This document shows positions 1 through 9,000 of a stretch of DNA of 50,806 nucleotides, one piece after another. The translations under genes were made by a program, and so were the position numbers. This stretch comes from Candidatus Pacearchaeota archaeon. Its GTDB lineage: Archaea; Nanobdellota; Nanobdellia; Pacearchaeales; GW2011-AR1. A model generated the notes under the pieces. That model was not told the origin of the DNA and searched no databases. It worked only from the letters and a program-made list of their open reading frames with translations. The number at the start of each line of letters is the position of its first letter. The stretch's first letter is position 1. The stretch covers positions 1 through 50,806 of the forward strand of contig JAIFVW010000004.1 of assembly GCA_019662115.1 (NCBI GenBank), in the 5' to 3' direction.

Positions 1-3000
1 ATACAATGCCTTATTTGCATCTGTTTCTCCCTTTAGGTTTGTTGCGTTCATCTGTACATTTCCAAGGGTAATATTCTTGTTTCCTGTATTGTTTAATACA
101 AGCGGATCATTGGTTGCAGTGGAGTTTGTAGCTCCTGGAGTTATTTGGGCAAAAGTTATTCCTGATGGGCCGGAGACAAAAGCCGAAAGCTGATTATATG
201 TGAATACGGTTGACTGATTTATTCCTACTGTATTACTTGTATCGTTTATAGAGACAGAGATATTCCAACTGCCGCTGCTATCGAAATACCACATATTCAC
301 AAGGCAGGTGTAATTTGCGTAATTAGTTGCAAATGTACTTGTCCTTGAACATGAAAGATTTTGTCGTACTGTTGCGAGGCCTGTAAAGGAAACATTTACT
401 CGTGAGCTAGCATCCTTAAGATCTCCAAATCCATCTGGATCGAATGCAGTAAAGTTAATGATGACATTAGTTACCGAGTCTTCAGTTGGGTCTTGCGCAA
501 CTACTGGAGTAACAAAGGGAATTGTTGGAGCGGTATTTGTCAATGATATATGGACAGTTCTTTGCTCTGTTTGGTTCTTCACACCAAGGGTATCTACTGA
601 ATATCCAGTAAATATATGATCGCCGGCAGGTAAGGATGTAAAATTATTGTAAGCATGGTCTATATTGTCATCGTACAATGCAAGCACTTCAGTGCTTGTT
701 AATGACCTATTAAATATCATTACCTCATCAATCGATCCATTCCATACTTTACTTGTGTCTCGAGCTCTGGCACCAATGAGAACATTGAAATTTCCAAACT
801 TGGAAAAGTCAGTAGGAGTGGTATTCTTACTTCCGTTGAAGATTCCATTTACATAGAGTGTCTGCAGGCTGCCATTATACGTTCCAACTACATGGTACCA
901 TTGATCGGTATTAGGAACAAAGCTGAATACTGCATTACCTCCGGAGTCATTGTAATAGAATGAGATACGTGCACTGTCATCTAAGTACAATCCTGCTCCG
1001 GCATCGCCTGCAAAGCCTGTGTCAAGGATATATCGCGAGTTGCCGGTTGCTGCGTTATTCCTGGTGAGAAACCAAGCAGAGAAGGTGAATGAAGTATTAC
1101 TATAAAGCTTTTGTGAGTATGGCACTTCCAGGTAATCATCCACTCCATCAAATGTATAGGAGGAATTGAACTTCCCAGTACTATTGGGGAATGCCCCGCT
1201 GACATTGGTTGCATTGTTACCCCAACTAGACAAGTCAATGATTCCTCCAGTAGAATTACGATCATCCATTCGAAGCCACAATCGCAAGCTTCTGTCAAAG
1301 TCAACAAAGGTATAGTGAAGATTTACATTCGTTGAGGTGACATTCACAAAAATTGAGTCAGAAGTCTGTGTCGAGCCATTGGCCGGTGTTGGGTTTGTAA
1401 AATTGATGGTATTAGTCAAAAATTCTCCTATACTATATGTGCTCCATCCTGTTACATTGAAGCTCACATTGCCTGCATTCAATGATGTGAAATTATTGCA
1501 ACTTGGCGCAATACATACTATACCGTTGCGGAATATCTGGGGACTAAGAAACCCTGTCGATAGTCCAAAAAGAGTTACATTTGCGGTTCTGTTCAGTCCT
1601 ATGTTGGATGTAATGTTTACTGTTACATTATTATTTTCAAAACGTATATCATTGCTGAGGTTGCTTCCAGAGCCGTTAATTGATCTTAAGAATCTTATTT
1701 CTCCGTAGAGAGTGCTCTTAAAGTATACAATACCTCCACTTACTCCGAAGGAATAGTTGGCAATATAACTGTCAATGATGTATGTGTTATTGAAGTTTGT
1801 AGCTGATAGTAGAAGGTCAGGGTAAGAAATATTCGTATTGGTAATATTAAAACTAAGATTATTGAAACGAGCATTTATTCCCGTTATGTTGACTGCAGCT
1901 CCCCTATAGGTGCTATTAATTATATTTGCCACAAATGTGTTGTTTGAACTGGAATTTATGAAAATCCCTGCACTATTGTTGAACAGGCTATTTGCTGTGA
2001 TAGTGTTATTTATATTAGAGTCTACAAAATAGATTCCATATTGTCGGTTAGAATTAATTGTGTTGCTCAGAATGATATTGTGGCTGCTGTCAACAGAGGA
2101 ATAGACACCCGATTGATTATTCGAATTAATTGTATTAAGCGTAATATTGTTTTCGTTACCAACCAGCTCTAGGCCATGGACACTATTCGAATTAATTGTA
2201 TTAAGCGTAATATTGTTGTTTGTAGAAGGCAAATATATTCCTCCAAGAGAGTTGTAACTAATATTATTACCTGTCACTATTGTGTGCGTACTTATAGAAC
2301 TATCCAGCTTGAGTCCGTAACCTCCGTTGCTCACAAGCGTATTATTGATAAAGATTCCACGGCCAGAGGAGCTTACCAGAATTCCGTTGTTTGTACTTGC
2401 TTGTATTATATTGCTAACAAATAGATTAGTGCCCATATCGTCTGAACTTATTCCATCGCCGCCAGATGATGAAATAGTGTTTCTTGTTACGTTATTATTA
2501 AGAGGGTTCGTATCAAAAAATATTCCCGCAGTTGCGGGGGCTAGTATTACATTGTTATCAATTACATTAAAACTTGCTGTGGTGCCTAAAAAGATTCCAT
2601 AAGTTCCTGAGCTTAGGCTGTTATTCGCAATAAGACTATTTGTGGCTGAGCTCATGTCTATAATTCTTCCCGCCATGTCGGTAAACGTGTTATTTACAAC
2701 AGTCGCGCTGATTGCAATGACTATACCATCAGTATCTTCTGAAAATAGATTGTCTCGTATAACTGATGCGCTGCCTGACGTGGATATTGCAGTTGTGTGG
2801 CCTCCGAATGTGTTGAATATTACTGATGCAGATCCTTTCACACCAATAGTGTTTGAAGATAATGAGCTCCTGCTTATGTTAAGAAGAGTATTGTCATTAG
2901 CAGTTATACCTTCAGTATTAAAGTTGATAGTGCTGCCGTTGACTCGGTTGTTATTTCCACTTTCAAAGAAAATTCCATGATAGGTATTGGTAGCAGTCGT

Positions 3001-6000
3001 GTTAAGAACTAAAGAATTATTGGAATTTGAGAATCTTACTCCGTAGCCCTCAGTTCCAGGAGCCATCCTGACTTTACAATTTTTAATAGTGGCATTTTCG
3101 ACAGTGTCGACATAAATAGCAGAGGCTTCTAGAGTTATATTCTGTATCGAAAAGCTCTTACAATCAAAATCGACATTTGATGCGTTAATAATGAAGCAAC
3201 CAGTCGCGCCAAGATCTGAGTTATTAAGGCTTCGAGTCATTGCATATGATCCTGGAGAGGATATATTTTGACAACCATTCAGAAGAGTAGTGGGATCATA
3301 GGTAATGGTGAAATTTGTAGCATTCCAAGCCAAATTGCCTGCAGTGTCTACAGCAAGGTAGTTCCAGAAATATGTATCAAATCGTGGTAGTGTGACTGAA
3401 ATGTTTGTTGAATTTGTAGTTCCATTAACTTCCCTGAATGTGGTGTTTACAACAGATGTAGAGTTCCAGATGTATAATGTTGTATTCTTTAATTGGATAT
3501 TATCAGTAAAGTTCCCTAGGAACCCTACTACGCCTATTTTTGTCGAACTTCCATTTGGTGGGGAGATGAGCAACACAACGGGAGGAGTTGCATCAATACT
3601 AAATACAACGGATGCTGTATCATTCCTGTTTCCAGAGGTATCATTTGAATAAACTTGGAACGTATAACTCCCATCTCTGATGCTTGAGTTTGTGTAATTG
3701 AAATGTATGTTGTCAGGTGTTGTCATGGTGTAATTTGTTACCCCTCCGTTTAATGTGAATAGGACTGTTCCGCTTTCATTCAATGATACATTAAATACAA
3801 ACGAAGAGGTTGTGTAGGTAATGTTTGTTGGGACTGTTATGTTTACGACGGGAGGAGTTGTGTCGGCGACTCCGATAGTAACTGTTCTTTGTCCCGTTTG
3901 GTTTTTATTGCCCGAGGTGTCAACTGAATATCCTGTGAATGTGTGAGAGACTGTAGTTAAATTAGTGAAGTTACGGGAATACTGATTCGCTCCCGCATTG
4001 TACAACGCAAGCACCTCAGTGCTTGTTAACGACCTATTAAAGATAAGCACTTCATCAATCGATCCATTCCAGAATCGCTGCACTGTTTTTGCTTCCGCTC
4101 CTATACGCACAGGCTTATCGACCCACGAAAGTGGCGTTACATTTCTTGATCCATTATATACTCCATTAACATAAAGTGTTTGTAAGGTTCCATTATAAGT
4201 ACCCACCACATGGTACCATGTATTAGTAGCTGGTGTAAAGCTAAAGATATAATCTGATGCAGAGTCATTATAATAGAACGAAAAGCGGGATGCTGCATCA
4301 TCTAAGAATAATCCTGTTCCGCTATCTCTTGCTCTACCCATATCTAAAATGTATTTATGCTCACCGGTAGCAACACTTCTTGTATTCACCCAAGCAGATA
4401 AGGTGAAGGAGCCATTGCTGTACAAGCTTGGAGAGGAAGGGATTTCAAGATAGTCATCTATTCCATCAAATGTATAGGAGGAATTGAAGTAACCAAATTT
4501 GTTCTGGAATGCACCACTGATATTAGTTGCATTGTTGCTCCATGTTGAGAGGTCTATCACTCCTCCTGTTGAGTTTATATCATCCATTCTGAGCCAGAGT
4601 TTCAAGTCCCTATCGAAGTCGACAAACGAATAGTGCACTGAGCTGTCATTTGATGTCACATTGACAAAAATAGCTGTTGCACTCTGTGTAGATCCTGCAC
4701 TCGGGGTTGGATTGACGAATGAGATTGCTGGTGCGGAAGTATCTACTATGACGCTAAATATTACTGATGTGCTTGAATTTACATTATTGGATAAATCGAC
4801 GCAGTAATAATTTACGGTATACCCTCCGTTTGCTATGCTTCCATTGCTTGCGTTGAAATCAGTAATACCATTCTGTTGCATTGTAAAGTTATTCACTCCA
4901 GAATTAAGCGTAAAGTTACAGGTAGCATTCTCATTCAATGTGATATTAAACAGAATCGGTAATGCGTGATACGTCTGGTTCTGAGGAAGGTTAACTGTTA
5001 CACGAGGTGCTGCCAAATCAGGAGAACTTAAATTGAATACATAAACTGGAGTACCATTTTTGTTTCCAGAACTGTCAGTTACATTGATTCTCCAGTATTT
5101 CAATCCAACCGAGAGATTATATGCGTTTGCTATTGCCTCAGAAGGAAGAGACTTATTGAATATTACTATTTCATCAATTGATCCATTCCATGCTCCATTA
5201 ACTGCGCCGGCAGTGGTGTATACTTGTCCGATTCCTACTTTCATTGTTCCTCCACGTATGTTTGGAGTCATTCCTACTATGCTTCTGTTTGCTTCGAGAA
5301 TGCCGTTAAGATATAAAGAGGCGTTAGTCCAGTTTTCAACAGTATAGGCAAAGTGGTACCATTGTCCAAGGCTCAAACTTGTAGCACCAAATAAAGGAGC
5401 ATTTTGCCCTCCTCCTGTTGATCCAGAATCATTTTCAAAGTCTGCCATCAAAGCACCAGAGGTTGTATTGACACCGACAAAGAACTGAATATCTGCGGCA
5501 GTGCTTTCTGCTTCATTGACTCCTTTTCCTATAATAGGATATGCAAGTCCTGAACCTGTATTTGCACTTGTTCCATTTCCAAGCAGATATATCCATCCCA
5601 TGACTGTATAGGATTTCATGTCAAAGTCAGCCGAGTCTAAGACGCTTACATTATTATCTGATAAGACTCCGTCAAAAGTAAGTGAACCTGCAACTTTTCC
5701 AGTAGCATTCCAAAATATTGACTGCAAAGTTGCATTGTTTTGAGGTGTAGAGAAATCTTTTGCGTTGGTTATATTTTCTCCTTGCGCAGAAAGATTATCA
5801 AAGTGAAGGAGAAGAACTGTGAAGTTATCTGCTCTTAATGCTGGAGCGCTCCAGTTGAGTATTATAGTCCCATTTGGCTGGTCAATAGAATGATATACAA
5901 GATAATCGTAGATATTTACCGAGTCGTTTGAGGCGTATACAAAAATTTCTGTATGATTATTGTTATCAAATATGCTGAAGTTTAAAGCCGCCGAAGGCGC

Positions 6001-9000
6001 TGTGGTTAAATTGGTATTGTTAAGGGGAGAGTTGAATAATGCGTATGGAAGGATCTGATCAAAAATGAATGCTCTTGTTGCTGTATTATTTAGGTTGTTT
6101 ACGGAGTCCCAGCAATAATATGTTACTGTATATGTGCCATTTGCAATGCTTACATTAGTTGCATTGAAGTCCCTGTTTCCATTGTTTGTCATGCTTATGT
6201 TTGTTACTCCACTATTTAGTGTGTAATTACACGCTGTTCCATTCTCATTTAATGTTACATTGAAACTAATAGGAAGAGTGTTGGTTGCAAATGGAGGCTG
6301 GTTGATTGTTACTATAGGAGGGGTGGCATCGTAAGTTATTGTAAAGTTTGTGGCATTGAATGCGTAGTTGTTCAGAGTATCTGCCACATAATAGTTCCAG
6401 AAATAAGTGTCTCCTCTTGGGAATACAAAAGTAATGTTTGATGAGTTTCCTGTTGATGATATAGCTCTAAAAGTTGTATTGACCAATGAAGTCGAGTTCC
6501 AGATATACAATGTAGCGTTAGAAAGACCTGTATCATCAGTGAATGTTCCATTGAAACTCATTGTTGAAATGCCAGTTGTAGTTCCGTTAGTTGGAACTCG
6601 GAGATTTACAACTGGGAATTGCTCATATGTAACGTTAACGCTCATAAAGTCTACACAAAGATTGCTTGAAGCGGTTCCATTTTCCCTTAATATAACTCGC
6701 ATTGTACCATTTGCAATGAAGTTTAGGGCCATTGCTGATGTGACATTAAAGGTTGTTACATTTTCTGTATTAGCTGCTCCAACGCTATTGTTGGCACTAA
6801 ACCATGCTAATGAAGAGAAGTTCCAGATTGCAAGGTTCTTATGGTCGGTGGCCGTGGTTACATTGCTTTCTGATGTAATGAATGCGCTACTTAATGTGGC
6901 AAAAGTAGGAATTGTGAAATTAACAACAACGAATGCGTCTACTGTTGCCGATCCTAGGAATAGAGAACAGTTGTCGTCTGATTTGTTTAACTGAGTGTAT
7001 ACATTGTTTGGAGATGCTGATGCAGTTGAGAAGGTAAATGTTTGTTCACTAAGTGATCCATTTTGAGCAGGGCTAGTTCCTCCATTTGGCACTATAAAAC
7101 CAGTTGAGGGGTCTGTAATATGGTCGAATTCAACTGTCCCTCCAACAACTCTAAGATCAAATGTATCCTGGCTTCCGGAAAGGTATGGTATGATTAATGT
7201 ATTATATTGGTTTTCCTGAATATTCGTGAATTCCATAATCATGTCGGTTCCATTCATTTCATAGACCTGAACTGTAGGAGTTCCAGAAACAATCCTTGGG
7301 TAGATAGTAATATCATTTCCTTGTGTAAGATTTCTTTCAAAAGTTATCCTTACATAATGAGTGTCTGGAATTGACTCGCTCCAGACACCATCAAGATCTT
7401 TTACATCATTGTATATATCTGAGATGAATAATCGGTTATCATCAAGATGCTGTGCCCTTACTATGTTTATTATTCCATAACCAGGATCTCCTGGTGTAAG
7501 AGTAAAGTTATAAAGCTCCCCTGGAACAAGATCTGTTAAGAATATATCCCATGTCCCAAGACAGGTTCTGTTGTTATAATCCCAGTCTATACACTTGTAA
7601 ATTGTATTGCCTGTTGCCTGGATTGTTACAGTTGCACTAGTGAAATTCTCTATCTGAGGGTCAAGCGCAAATATCTTGTCGAAGCCATCAGTCTCGCTTA
7701 CATTTGTAGTCTCGTCTATGTCTATCATATTGACACTGTTTCCTGCATAGTCTGAGAGATTCAAGTCTGCAAAAACAATCTGATCGACCGAGGATATATC
7801 AAGAGGTTTGATTACAACATCATATGTGTCATTAACTGAAACTATTTGCTCATGTGTTTCGGATGTTTGGTTGTATAAAGTTGTTCCATCACTTGCAATA
7901 ATCATCACAGTGGAATTGATTAGATTTCCATCAGCATCTGTAACTGTGCTATTAACCAGGACATTAACGTCCTGTCGACTAAAGAATACTTTCTCTGTAG
8001 AATTCCTATTGCCCGCAGTATCATTTGCATATACTGTAAATATATAATTTCCTTCTGCAAGAGATTCATTTGTGTCGTTAAACAGTGTTCCGAATACTCC
8101 CTCATTACCAAGCATGCTGATGTTGGTGACTCCTCCATCGAAGCTGTAGGATACTGATCCGTTTTCATTTAAACTAACGTTAAATACAAAAGGTACTCCC
8201 TGTAATCGGACGTATGTTCTGTTTTCAGGAGACAGGATTGTTACTTGTGGGGGAGTTGTATCTCCTGATTGATATATGAGAGTGTAATTATTGGTAGCAA
8301 ACGCATAGTTGTTCTGAGTGTCAGCTACTCTATAGTTCCAGAAGTATGTTCCTGCACGCGGAAGAATAACTGTAATGTTGGTGGAATTCCCTGTTGATGA
8401 TATAGCTCTAAAAGTTGTATTGACCAATGAAGTCGAGTTCCAGATATACAATGTAGCGTTAGAAAGACCTGTATCATCAGTGAATGTTCCATTGAAGCTC
8501 ATATTTGCTATGCTTACTGTTGTTCCGTTTGCAGGAACTCTTAAAGTTACTACAGGAGACTGCTCATATGTAACATTTGCACTGATAAAGTCCACACATA
8601 GGTTGTTTGAAGCGGTTCCGTTTGCATAAACCATGACTTGCACGATATTGTTTGAGACGAAATTTGTCACAAGCGCTGATGTGATGTTGAAGTATGAGAC
8701 ATTCTCTATATTGGCTGCTGAGAGAGAGGTATTCACTCTCAACCATTTAGAGGAACTAAAGTTGAAAAGTGCAAGATCTTTCCTGTCTGTTGCAGTAACA
8801 TTAGATTCCGCAGTTATAAGAATACGATTTATAGAGGCGTATGCAGGTATTGTGAAATTGACAATAACAAATGCATCAACTGTTGCTGATCCAGTAAACA
8901 AGGCGCAACTATTATCAGAGATATTTAATTTTGCAGTTATTGCGTTTGAGGTTGTTGATGATGTTGATAAGGTAAACGTAGTTTCTGTAAGAGTTCCATT

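Noticed and set aside
6449-8496. Diversity-generating retroelement (TR/VR pair) as the explanation for the 107-nt identical tracts
   Set aside because: The tracts are identical rather than differing at adenines. Mismatches in the flanks (t/g, a/t, t/g, g/a, t/c at 6439-6448 versus 8380-8389) are not adenine-specific. No reverse transcriptase gene is present in the window.
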